Below are positions 16,141 to 24,778 of a stretch of 64,000 bases of DNA, piece after piece. This stretch comes from Minisyncoccota bacterium (GTDB taxonomy: Bacteria > Patescibacteriota > Minisyncoccia > Minisyncoccales > CG1-02-41-26). The stretch covers positions 2,525 through 66,524 of the forward strand of contig JAQULB010000004.1 in assembly GCA_028718785.1 (NCBI GenBank), in the 5' to 3' direction. A program made the translations under genes and the position numbers. The notes beneath the pieces were generated by a model. It worked only from the letters and a program-made list of their open reading frames with translations, had not been told where the DNA came from and searched no databases. The first letter of the stretch is position 1, and the number at the start of each line of letters is the position of its first letter.

Positions 16141-16482
16141 TCACGCCTCTTTTTTTTCTAAAAATTCCCACACTGTTGCTTTTAAATCTTGAAAGTTCAA
16201 AAATTCATCTTTAACTCTTTTTAAAAGATCTCTTTGGGGTTCAAGAACATCATTTAAACCCCTTACATCTCCATTTTCGTCTACATTATCAAAAATTGAT
16301 TCTATGAAATTTAAACCAGTTTTCGCGTTGTCTCTCACTTTCCTCCCTGCTTCTGTATGCGAAGCATCACCAAAAATAAGTATGCCAATTTGCCATGGAG
16401 CATCATACAAATGCCCTCTAATTATAATTGCCATTAAAACAGATATTTGTTCAGGATCTAACACTTTCTTCCTTCTTGCCAT
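16141..16482 (-). CDS. Hypothetical protein
   Basis: 113-aa ORF with no motif recognised. Confidence 0.4.
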   Translation of the reverse strand: MARRKKVLDPEQISVLMAIIIRGHLYDAPWQIGILIFGDASHTEAGRKVRDNAKTGLNFIESIFDNVDENGDVRGLNDVLEPQRDLLKRVKDEFLNFQDLKATVWEFLEKKEA

Positions 16483-16533
16483 TGCTAACTCCTCCTACAT
16501 ATTTTTAATTTGCATAGATCTATTCTATGTGGC

Positions 16534-17223
16534 TTACTTGTTCTTGCTTAAAATGTAAAAATTTGCTTCACCGCCGCAATATTTTTGGATTAAATCAGCT
16601 AATTCTTTGGTTGCTGTTTCCACATCCCCACAAGTTGCTGGAGACAATGCTTCTACTACAATTATAGCGTTTTTTGTTTCTTCGGTGAGCTTGGTGCGTT
16701 CTGCCTCCCGCCAATTCCATCTGCGACAGGCCACCCCTTCTCTGTCTTTGTAAACCACTTCGCCTTTTTGGGGCGACTCGTTTTCTGTTCCACCCAAGCG
16801 AATAAAGGGCTCTGTGCCATCAGAAAAAGCCAAAGTTAAATCCCCTGCTATATTATCTGTATCTTCACCCCCAACCGGTAAAACATATTTTAAAGAAACA
16901 TAGTTATATAAATCAACAAGCTTGTTAATATGGCGCAATTGGTCGCCTTTTAGCACTCGCCTAATCAAGGCCTCAGCTGAACAGCGATATTGATGCGGAT
17001 CGGAGCCAAATTTACGATAAGCCATTCTCCAAGCGTTAAGTTGAGGATGCTCGCTAAGATTTTCCAATTCAGATAATTTAGCGATTTGCTCTTTTTCAAT
17101 TTCACGTAAAAGCTGAGTAATTTCTGCCTCCCCTCCTCTATTATTAATATTTTTTAATAAAATAACTCCAGCAATAAAATCTGGAAAAGTATCAAATATT
17201 TCTTTTTGAATTTTAAACTCCAT
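16534..17223 (-). CDS. B3/B4 tRNA-binding-domain protein (PheT-beta-related)
   Basis: The region AWRMAYRKFGSDPHQYRCSAEALIRRVLKG..INKLVDLYN..S....LPVGGED is typical of stand-alone B3/4 domain proteins. Confidence 0.75.
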   Translation of the reverse strand: MEFKIQKEIFDTFPDFIAGVILLKNINNRGGEAEITQLLREIEKEQIAKLSELENLSEHPQLNAWRMAYRKFGSDPHQYRCSAEALIRRVLKGDQLRHINKLVDLYNYVSLKYVLPVGGEDTDNIAGDLTLAFSDGTEPFIRLGGTENESPQKGEVVYKDREGVACRRWNWREAERTKLTEETKNAIIVVEALSPATCGDVETATKELADLIQKYCGGEANFYILSKNK

Positions 17224-17227
17224 AAAG

Positions 17228-17920
17228 CTACTTTTTAATAATTAAAACTTCATTTAGCCAAATATCGTCATAGCTTCCCTCTTTAAACGACTCTGGAACC
17301 CTTATTTCTACTGGCTCCATTTGCCATTTAATGTGGTATTTTTTCTCCAGTTTAATTAAAATATCCTCTAATTTTTCTCTCGACTCTATTATGCCTATAT
17401 TTTTACTGCCAGGAAAGGTGTGCCAAATCGGGGCAATTCTTATTTCACCTCCAATTTTTAAGGCCTTAATAGCATTAATAATGGGCTTTTTAATTTTATG
17501 AGTCGGAAAAACAGCGCCAACAGAAATAATTAAATCGACCTCTTCTAATGGTAATTTTTTAGAATAATTTCCTTTTAAAATATGCCCCCTGTATCTTTCC
17601 TCTACCTCTTTTGGCTTTACTAAAACATCTAATCCATAGATTTCTTTGCCAATATTATTATCAAGGCAATATTTTACAAACTCCGCTTCTTCCCCACAAC
17701 CCAAATCTAAAATAATTTTATTGTTCAAATAATCTTTTTTTATATCCAACATTCTTAGATAGCGGATAAAACTTTTTTCATTAATACCACTAATCAAATC
17801 CTCCGCGTCATTTGGCATGTAGCTTTCTTCAATGTACCGCCTAAACCTTGAATCCCATTTTTCTTGTGGCAACTCAATTTGCTTTGCTAAAAATTCTTTT
17901 ACTTCTAAATTATATTCCAT
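17228..17920 (-). CDS. Class I SAM-dependent methyltransferase
   Basis: ILDLGCGEEAEF is motif I, followed by a Rossmann-type pattern. Confidence 0.75.
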   Translation of the reverse strand: MEYNLEVKEFLAKQIELPQEKWDSRFRRYIEESYMPNDAEDLISGINEKSFIRYLRMLDIKKDYLNNKIILDLGCGEEAEFVKYCLDNNIGKEIYGLDVLVKPKEVEERYRGHILKGNYSKKLPLEEVDLIISVGAVFPTHKIKKPIINAIKALKIGGEIRIAPIWHTFPGSKNIGIIESREKLEDILIKLEKKYHIKWQMEPVEIRVPESFKEGSYDDIWLNEVLIIKK

Positions 17921-18014
17921 AATTTTTTAAAAAATTGTTAAGCTCTTCAAAGTTATTGCTATGTATATATGGTGGCAAAGCACCCCGTCAAAATCAAAAA
18001 TAACCGCTTTTATC

Positions 18015-18054
18015 ATATTTACTTAAATTTAGCTTTTTGGCTGAGTTTGACAAT
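18015..18054. repeat. Direct repeat S1 (partner is S2 at 18231-18271)
   Basis: ATATTTACTTAAATTTAGCTTTTTGGCTGAGTTTGACAAT versus ATATTTACTTAAATCTAACTTTTTTGGCTGAATTTGGCAAT. Confidence 0.6.
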
Positions 18055-18076
18055 AAAAACAGCTGTTTTTAATTTT

Positions 18077-18124
18077 AAAAAACGTAGTCATCCGTGCCGA
18101 TCGGCAAACTTTTGACACGTTTTT
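18077..18124. repeat. Short variant of the GC-rich long-hairpin element (copies at 53586-53666 and 54592-54671)
   Basis: AAAAAACGTAGTCATCCGTGCCGA-TCGGCAAACTTTTGACACGTTTTT matches the two ends of the 80-bp element. It lacks the central ~32 bp. Confidence 0.6.
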
Positions 18125-18138
18125 AGGAAGTAAGTCCT

Positions 18139-18236
18139 TTACTCCTGCTCGTTGTTGGTAAATTGGCAAATGTCGCGGAAGTCACAGAACTGGCAGTGAA
18201 AGCCCGGGGTGGCCTTAAAGTTGCTTTTATATATTT
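18139..18236 (-). pseudogene. Orphan duplicate of the last 30 codons (plus stop) of the helicase-nuclease gene
   Basis: By my base-by-base comparison there are 10 mismatches in 98 nt against 19990-20087. It reads KSNFKATPGFHCQFCDFRDICQFTNNEQE*, against ...FKDIC... in the intact gene. Confidence 0.8.
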
Positions 18237-18271
18237 ACTTAAATCTAACTTTTTTGGCTGAATTTGGCAAT
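18231..18271. repeat. Direct repeat S2 (partner is S1 at 18015-18054)
   Basis: See S1. It directly follows the helicase 3'-end remnant. Confidence 0.6.
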
Positions 18272-18355
18272 TTTTTCGTAGTAAAAGAAAAGGCCTACTG
18301 GTACGATGGAACAAATGTTTTGTTACCCATGTATCTCATCTCATACATATTAAAG

Positions 18356-18387
18356 ATATAGGCATCGCGTTTTTGCGATGCCTATAT
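18356..18387. terminator. Strong hairpin immediately after the radical-SAM stop codon
   Basis: ATATAGGCATCGC-gttttt-GCGATGCCTATAT has a 13-bp perfect stem. The flanking T-runs are weak. Confidence 0.4.
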
Positions 18388-18389
18388 TG

Positions 18390-19904
18390 TTAAATACTCT
18401 CTAAGCACGCTTCTTTTTTTGTTAAATCTTCTATGGTAAGGGGTTCGCCCTTATAGCTATCAAACGGTCTTTGGATATATGGTCCCCCGAAATGGGGAAT
18501 GCCGTCCATTATAACTTGATAGGGGTCTCCCACCTGCATATTTCCCAACCAAGCAATAAGTCGACAGTAAGCTGTGTCTGTAAAAATGCTAACCCTCAAT
18601 CCCGAACTTCCAAGGGCATGCTTTAAGCTATAGATAACGCGAAAGGCCTTCTTTTTCGCTGTGTAAGCATCTCTCTCTGTCATACTATTAAGTTTTCTTA
18701 CGAAATGCTTTGTATCATAGCTATTTAAATCGAAATCCACGATCTCGTCATTAGAAATGGATTTGAAATAATCTTCTGTGCCAGGAAAAGCAACGAGATT
18801 GAATGGCGTTATTAAATCAAAGTTATCCTCCATCAACTTTGCTTCCGTTATAATAGCTTCAACTGTTTGATTCGGCCAACCGATTATCCAGCCAGCATCC
18901 ACCTTAATTCTATACTTATGAAACTCCGAAACTAATCTTTGGTATTTATCGGGGTTGTTTTGATTTTTATTCGCTCCTTTCAGGTTGACTAAATCAAAAG
19001 ATTCAACGCCTAAAAAGACCTGCTTTATTCCAGCTAAAGCCAAATCTCGAATATCCGATAATCTGATGGCTGTATCTACTTGAGCAAAAATCTTTAGTTT
19101 TTTATTCAATCGTTCATTGAGCTTTATTAGCCCCCATACCAAATGGTGATAGTTTGGAGAACGCTTGAAGTTATCATCTAAAATCATTATTGGTAGACCA
19201 AGTTTATGGGTTTTTTCAATCCATTCAATTACTCCCTCTACATTTCTTGCTCTACTTAAACACATCTCTCTGCCTCGTAAAGTCGTTACGCAACAAAAAG
19301 AACATTTAAATGGGCAACCTTCACAAGTATCAATTCCTGCCATTGAATTTAAACCGTGTTTATATTTCTCGTCAACAATATCTGGAACTGTGGGAAAAGG
19401 CGCTTTGTTTAAATCCACAAAAGACCTTTGCCAATATAAAATCCTTAGCGAATCGCTTACAAAATCATCAATGATTTTTGGTGTGGTTTCCTCTCCTTCA
19501 CCAATGTTAAAAGAAATGCCCTCCCTATTTAGTAAATTATAAACTTTCCAATCTGCAAGGGTAACGCCAGCGCCCCCAATAATTACCTTGGTACCCGATT
19601 TTATAAATTGGCGAGCAATGTCAATAGCTCGAGGCAGTTCAAAAGTTTTTGCGCTAATAAAAACTATTTTATCTACAAAGTTTTTATTGATAATAATACT
19701 TTGAATATATCCATCGCCCCTTTCTAATCTTTCGTTAACGCAAAATACATCAATTTCTACACCTAATTTTTTTGCCGTTGTATTAATTAATCCCTTCATC
19801 ACGCCAAAAATAGGCGGAATCATCAAAACCAAAGAAAACTGAGATACTAACCCCCTATTGTTATAAGAACTTGGAGAAATAATCCAAATACCAAACTTTT
19901 TCAT
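18390..19904 (-). CDS. B12-binding-domain radical SAM protein (class B)
   Basis: CEGCPFKCSFCCV contains CxxxCxxC. The N-terminal Rossmann-like region resembles the cobalamin-binding domain of class B radical SAM enzymes. Confidence 0.85.
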   Translation of the reverse strand: MKKFGIWIISPSSYNNRGLVSQFSLVLMIPPIFGVMKGLINTTAKKLGVEIDVFCVNERLERGDGYIQSIIINKNFVDKIVFISAKTFELPRAIDIARQFIKSGTKVIIGGAGVTLADWKVYNLLNREGISFNIGEGEETTPKIIDDFVSDSLRILYWQRSFVDLNKAPFPTVPDIVDEKYKHGLNSMAGIDTCEGCPFKCSFCCVTTLRGREMCLSRARNVEGVIEWIEKTHKLGLPIMILDDNFKRSPNYHHLVWGLIKLNERLNKKLKIFAQVDTAIRLSDIRDLALAGIKQVFLGVESFDLVNLKGANKNQNNPDKYQRLVSEFHKYRIKVDAGWIIGWPNQTVEAIITEAKLMEDNFDLITPFNLVAFPGTEDYFKSISNDEIVDFDLNSYDTKHFVRKLNSMTERDAYTAKKKAFRVIYSLKHALGSSGLRVSIFTDTAYCRLIAWLGNMQVGDPYQVIMDGIPHFGGPYIQRPFDSYKGEPLTIEDLTKKEACLESI

Positions 19905-19989
19905 TTTAGACCTCCCTATGTTGTCTATTCTTATTTTTAATTTTTAATGGACAATCTTAATTTACTACTTAAAAAAAGTTTTAACAAGC

Positions 19990-22900
19990 TTATTCCTGTT
20001 CGTTGTTGGTAAATTGGCAGATATCTTTGAAATCGCAGAACTGGCAGTGAAAACCCGGGGTGGCCTTAAAGTTGCTTTTATATATTTTTTCAATTGTTTG
20101 GATAATTTCATCTTTTAATTTTTGTTTTTCTTGCTCTGTGCCCAAAAAGCTTATTTTTTCTCCGCTTTCTAAATAATAGTAAGCCAATTCAACTGGATTT
20201 AATTTTAGGTTTTCTTCTGTTGCTATTTGATAAAGCAAAAGCTGGGTCTTATCATCCTTTTCTAATTTATCTTTCTTTTTTCCAGTTTTGTAATCGATAA
20301 GACACACGCCCCCGCCCGCATCGCTACGCGAGCAAGCACTCGCTTGCGAAGCGTTGCGGGCAGGCCCATTAACTTCATCAATGCGGTCAATTTTTCCAAT
20401 CAAGGTGTATTTACCCGCTTTTAAGCGAAAACTTACCTCTAAAGCCAGTTTATCGTTTATTTTTAAAATTTTAGGAGGATTTTTTACAAAATCATCATAA
20501 AAGTTTTTTAAAATCTCTTTGCCTAATTTTTTGTATTCCTCTTTTTGGGCTTTGCTTTCATACCACTCTCCTATCCAATTCTTTTCATAAATCCCCGCCA
20601 AATCCTCAAAACCCGCGGCAACCCGGTTGCCGTGGGTTTCAAAGGCAAAGAGGGATTCTTGGGTTTTGTCGGCTGTTTGGAAATAACTACGCAAGAAATC
20701 ATCTAATGTTTTATGCAAGGTTTTACCAAACGAGAAACTGGCCTTTCCTTTAATGGGTATTTTTAAGATGTGGGCTAATTTGTATTGATAGGGGCATTTA
20801 TTAAAAGCTGTTAATTGGGTGTATGAAAAATGGTCGGGAATAGACCATTTTTCAATATTTAACTCTATGGGTTCTTTGGCTGGCTCGTCTATTTGCTGGG
20901 CTTGTTTTCCTTTGCTTTTTGGCAAGGGTTTTTGGGCCAAGCCAAGCTCCACTAAGAAAAGCGAGGGTTTTTTGCTGGTTTTACCCCCGTAATTTGAGGC
21001 CGAGGTTAAAAATAAACCCTGCTTGGCTCTGGTCATGGCCACATAAAAAAGCCGGCGTTCTTCTTGCAAATGAATATCCCCCTCCCCGGCTTGTTCTTTA
21101 ACAAGCGGTTCTGGAATTTCAATGGCATCTTTTCTTTCAATTGAAGGAAACCGCTTATCAACCATACTAACCACGAAAACATATTTAAATTCTAAGCCCT
21201 TAGCTGAGTGAACAGTCATTATTTTGATTGTGTCAGGGCCTTGGTCAATATCAAACTCCATTTTACCTTGCTCTCCGCTTTCAATTTCCAAAGTTAATTG
21301 GGCTAAAAAATTTTTTAGCGATGGATCAATTGACGCTTCTTTAAAACCCTGTATTTTTTTGTAAAACTGACTCAAAAAATCAATTTCCAGCAATTTATCT
21401 TTTTCAACCAAATATTTTAAAAAGCCCGAGTTATTTAAAAAAGCTACAAAAATTTCCCCAACTGATTTGGTTTTTGCCATTTCAGTATGGCGGGTTATTA
21501 AAGAAAGTAAAAAGGTAATTTTATTTAAAGTTTCGTGAGTTATGCCTTTTACAACTGAAATCTTAGACAATGTTTCATAAACCGACTGAGAGCGCTTGTG
21601 GCTTTCTTGAGTGATAAGCATTATGTCTTTAATATCTATACTTAAAAATGGTAAAGACAAAACTCGATAAAGCGCTAAACTTTCGTGGTAATTATCTAAT
21701 AGTTTTAAATAAGAAATAACATCTAAAATAATTGGCTTTTGAAAAAGCCCCCGCGAGGCCAAAAATTGATATTGTAATCCAGCCCTGTCTAAAGCCAAAG
21801 CAAACGGCACAGCTGAATCATTGGCTCTTACTAAAATTGCAAAATCGCTAAGCTTGGTGTCTGGTTCTTTTTCTAAAATTAAAACAATAGTGTTAGCTGT
21901 CTCTTTGGCTTCTTCGTTAAGCGATTTAAAATGCAAATATTTAACAAAACTTGGCTGTGATTTTTGAGCTTGAAGTTTTTTGTCTATTTTGGAAATAAAC
22001 TCCAATCTATTGGGATTGTTGGCTTGGATAAATTTGTATGACAAATCCAAAACCTCTTGCCCAGACCTATAATTTTTAACTAAACAAATTTCTTTGGCTT
22101 GTGGAAAATCCCGCTTAAACTGTTTTATATTGCTAACTGATGCGCCCCTCCATTTATAGATTGAATTATGAACAACAATTCCATTAGCAAAAAAATTATG
22201 AGTTTTATCAACCTCTAAATCATAAACTGCAATATTTTTATTTTCCTCTTTAATCTCGACAATCTCATCGTAAATAATTTCTCGACCTTGCCTAACAGGT
22301 AAATAATGGCCTAAAACTAAATTTTTAGCTGGTATAACTATTGCGGGGTAACTTCTGGGTCGATCGCTATCCTTCAAAGGATGTTGCAACGCTATATTAA
22401 ATTTTGTTTCCACAATTCCTTCTGTTAAATTTTCGAGTTGCTTGGCTATTTTGCCAATTTCTTGAAAATCCACATTTTCAATTCTAAGCTTCATACCGTT
22501 TTTGGCCTTTAAAAGATTGTATTTTGCTTTTTTTAGCTTCTCTATCGTTGCTTTATCTGAAGTTTCTAAACTTAGAACATGCTTTATAGCAGGGTTAAGT
22601 AAAAATTGTTTTTCTTTTTTTCTAATAATATCTCTGCTACGATAATTTCGGTGGCACATTCTTATATTAATTTTAATTCTCACCTTATTACCCCTATTAA
22701 CGGCATCAAGGGCAAAATGATGAGCGCTTAAATCAATATTTAAATCTTGGGATAGCCGAGCAATATTTTTATCCACTGTTAAATCTCGATAAAGTTTAGA
22801 CAGTAATTCATCTTTAATAACTATATTCTTGCGAACCTGAAAACAGCTGGTTGGTATGCCATACTTTAACGACCATAATGTTTCGTGATATCGTGCTTCT

Positions 22901-24090
22901 ATTTCAGTATTAAACGCCTTAATTGCTAAAATTTTATCAGCTGAACGCTCTAATCTTATTCTAATAATTAATGCATTGGTTACTCCTATCCTCCAGCCAA
23001 TGTCTTGCCTGTGCATTAAATAAACATAGTAAAATTTTTTACTATTATGAGTTTGGGGCACGAAACAAAACATTTTATGGTTATCTGTAGTTTGAACTTC
23101 AAAACCTTTTTTTGTTTTGATAGTTATTAGCATTGCTTGCTTCTTTTTTTTCGAAACTTTAAGTACTTTTGAAACCCCAATGTGCCCCTTACCCACAGCA
23201 GTTAAAACTTCATCACCCACCTTTATGTTCTTAATTGATTTTTTACCTTGAAATGTAGAAACTAAAACATCACCAGGAAGACACTGGTCATCGTCGGCTG
23301 TAACTGTTAAGTTATTTTTTGGCTGGGCTAATAGTTTTATAAGTTCGTATTGGGCTTTGTTTGTGTCTTGAAATTCATCAAGCAAAATATATTTAAATTT
23401 TTCTCTGTATTTTTGCAAAATAGCTGGCCGTTTCTGGAACAATTGCAAACAATAGTTTATTAAATCGCCAAAATCCAAAAAATTATTTTCTAATAATAAT
23501 TGCTGGTAGGCGTGATAGGCCTGAGCCACCTCCCCCACTCTGACCTCTTCACTATCCTCTATTAACTCATCTAATGATGTTTTTAATGAATCCGCATAAT
23601 CTAAATATTCTTTTGGGTAAATCATTTGATCTTTGCATTTTGAAAAATGGTCAAGCAAGGCCCTGATAAACTTATTGGGATTACCCAATGGTTTGTAATA
23701 TTTTAAGTTAAGGTTTTCTAAATTTTGTCGCATTAAAAGCCAGGCGCCCGTTTGATCTAAAAGTTTAAAATCAGGCAGGCCAATATCCAAACCATTTTCT
23801 TTTAAAATTCGCTCAGCAAAACTATGAAAAGTGGAAACCCAAATATCGCTATAGCCAAAATCCATTTCCCTGTCCACCCGCTCTTCCATTTCTAAAGCCG
23901 CTTTTTCGGTGAAAGTTAAAGCCAAAATTTCCTCGGGCTTAGCTAACTCTTTTTCTATTAAATAAGCAATGCGATCGGTGATAACTCGAGTTTTTCCCGT
24001 GCCAGCTCCCGCCACAATTAAAAGCGGGCCATCTTGATGCATAACCGCCTGTTTTTGTTCTGGGTTTAGTTTTTGCAAATCAACTACCAT
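19990..24090 (-). CDS. UvrD/PcrA-type helicase fused to a C-terminal Cas4-like PD-(D/E)XK nuclease; interrupted by an intein
   Basis: Walker A is AGAGTGKT, with DEFQDT and then TADDDQ|intein|SIYKWRGA (motif III). The C-terminal part has GKIDRID...IDYKTG and a 4-Cys set (KCPY...HCQFCDFKDIC). Confidence 0.9.
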   Translation of the reverse strand: MVVDLQKLNPEQKQAVMHQDGPLLIVAGAGTGKTRVITDRIAYLIEKELAKPEEILALTFTEKAALEMEERVDREMDFGYSDIWVSTFHSFAERILKENGLDIGLPDFKLLDQTGAWLLMRQNLENLNLKYYKPLGNPNKFIRALLDHFSKCKDQMIYPKEYLDYADSLKTSLDELIEDSEEVRVGEVAQAYHAYQQLLLENNFLDFGDLINYCLQLFQKRPAILQKYREKFKYILLDEFQDTNKAQYELIKLLAQPKNNLTVTADDDQCLPGDVLVSTFQGKKSIKNIKVGDEVLTAVGKGHIGVSKVLKVSKKKKQAMLITIKTKKGFEVQTTDNHKMFCFVPQTHNSKKFYYVYLMHRQDIGWRIGVTNALIIRIRLERSADKILAIKAFNTEIEARYHETLWSLKYGIPTSCFQVRKNIVIKDELLSKLYRDLTVDKNIARLSQDLNIDLSAHHFALDAVNRGNKVRIKINIRMCHRNYRSRDIIRKKEKQFLLNPAIKHVLSLETSDKATIEKLKKAKYNLLKAKNGMKLRIENVDFQEIGKIAKQLENLTEGIVETKFNIALQHPLKDSDRPRSYPAIVIPAKNLVLGHYLPVRQGREIIYDEIVEIKEENKNIAVYDLEVDKTHNFFANGIVVHNSIYKWRGASVSNIKQFKRDFPQAKEICLVKNYRSGQEVLDLSYKFIQANNPNRLEFISKIDKKLQAQKSQPSFVKYLHFKSLNEEAKETANTIVLILEKEPDTKLSDFAILVRANDSAVPFALALDRAGLQYQFLASRGLFQKPIILDVISYLKLLDNYHESLALYRVLSLPFLSIDIKDIMLITQESHKRSQSVYETLSKISVVKGITHETLNKITFLLSLITRHTEMAKTKSVGEIFVAFLNNSGFLKYLVEKDKLLEIDFLSQFYKKIQGFKEASIDPSLKNFLAQLTLEIESGEQGKMEFDIDQGPDTIKIMTVHSAKGLEFKYVFVVSMVDKRFPSIERKDAIEIPEPLVKEQAGEGDIHLQEERRLFYVAMTRAKQGLFLTSASNYGGKTSKKPSLFLVELGLAQKPLPKSKGKQAQQIDEPAKEPIELNIEKWSIPDHFSYTQLTAFNKCPYQYKLAHILKIPIKGKASFSFGKTLHKTLDDFLRSYFQTADKTQESLFAFETHGNRVAAGFEDLAGIYEKNWIGEWYESKAQKEEYKKLGKEILKNFYDDFVKNPPKILKINDKLALEVSFRLKAGKYTLIGKIDRIDEVNGPARNASQASACSRSDAGGGVCLIDYKTGKKKDKLEKDDKTQLLLYQIATEENLKLNPVELAYYYLESGEKISFLGTEQEKQKLKDEIIQTIEKIYKSNFKATPGFHCQFCDFKDICQFTNNEQE
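20305..20367. repeat. GC-rich palindromic insertion, in frame inside the helicase nuclease domain
   Basis: The sequence is CCCCCGCCCGCA-TCGCTACGC-GAGCAAGCactcGCTTGC..-TGCGGGCAGGCCC. It reads NGPARNASQASACSRSDAGGG, between the GKIDRID and IDYK motifs. Confidence 0.65.
20611..20641. repeat. REP-like palindrome AAACCCG-CGGCAACCCGGTTGCCG-TGGGTTT inside the helicase ORF
   Basis: The same 17-nt core, CGGCAACCCGGTTGCCG, occurs at 35931-35947 and 36162-36178. Here it is read as HGNRVAAGF. Confidence 0.7.
22165..23283 (-). other. Intein (373 aa) in helicase motif III, with a GIY-YIG-like central domain
   Basis: The N-terminal junction is DDDQ|CLPGDVLV, block B is TTDNH, and the C-terminal junction is HNFFANGIVVHN|S. 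Both boundaries were checked at nucleotide level (TGT at 23283-23281, AAT at 22167-22165). Confidence 0.85.
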
Positions 24091-24321
24091 ATCTTTATGG
24101 CAATTATGCCATTAAGCAAGTTTTGTTGCAATGAAAAACCCTCTTATTCTATAAATGTAGAAAGAGGGTCCATATAAGGGAGGTTAATAACCACCCATTA
24201 TCTACTGTGTTATCTTTAACACAGTAGGAAAAAATTTAGCTCCACAAGAAGAGCGAGATGACGCGGGGTAGTACCCCGCAAAACAACAACCACAACGATT
24301 TTTAAAAGAAGATTACTCTTT

Positions 24322-24371
24322 CTTGCGGAGCGGTTTAAGGAAAATTACTTTTCCCCAAAACGCTCCGCAAG
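24322..24371. repeat. Long hairpin H1 (paralogue of H2)
   Basis: CTTGCGGAGCG-[28 nt, itself self-complementary around GGAAAATTACTTTTCC]-CGCTCCGCAAG. Confidence 0.55.
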
Positions 24372-24454
24372 AATTTAATGCTGGTTTAAATATATCAAAC
24401 TTTAAAAATTTCGTCAAGCTTTTTGCGCAAAATAAAAAACTTTTGTAAAAGAAA

Positions 24455-24488
24455 GGCCCCCTCCTTATTGGGGCCATAAAATTTTTTT
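24455..24488 (+). terminator. Intrinsic terminator on the plus strand
   Basis: GGCCCC-ctccttatt-GGGGCC followed by ATAAAATTTTTTT. Confidence 0.5.
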
Positions 24489-24661
24489 AGCTTCCTGTTT
24501 ATAAACAAAAAAACAAAAAACCATAGAAGCTTCAAACTTTTTCTGCCATTTTTATAATAATTATGGTCTTTCTCCGGCCAAAAGCGCGGGAAAAAAGAAC
24601 CACTTTTAAAGCAGAAGGTTTTTATGCTTCCATACAGAGTAACGAATTGCTCCATTTTTCA

Positions 24662-24707
24662 TATGGAGCGCTTTGGAGAAAATTATTTTTCCCCAAGGCG
24701 CTCCATA
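24662..24707. repeat. Long hairpin H2 (paralogue of H1)
   Basis: TATGGAGCGC-[..GGAGAAAATTATTTTTCCCC..]-GCGCTCCATA. The basal stem differs from H1 on both arms in a compensatory way. Confidence 0.55.
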
Positions 24708-24778
24708 AAATTTGGAGCTATGTAATAAAGAGCAAATATACTCAAATCCTATCAAAAACTATTTTTTTGTCAATAGTT

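Noticed and set aside
18123-18314. 63-aa minus-strand ORF in the ORF track.
   Set aside because: It is an out-of-frame reading across the orphaned helicase 3'-end fragment. The meaningful frame there reproduces the helicase C-terminus, so this is a pseudogene remnant and not a gene.
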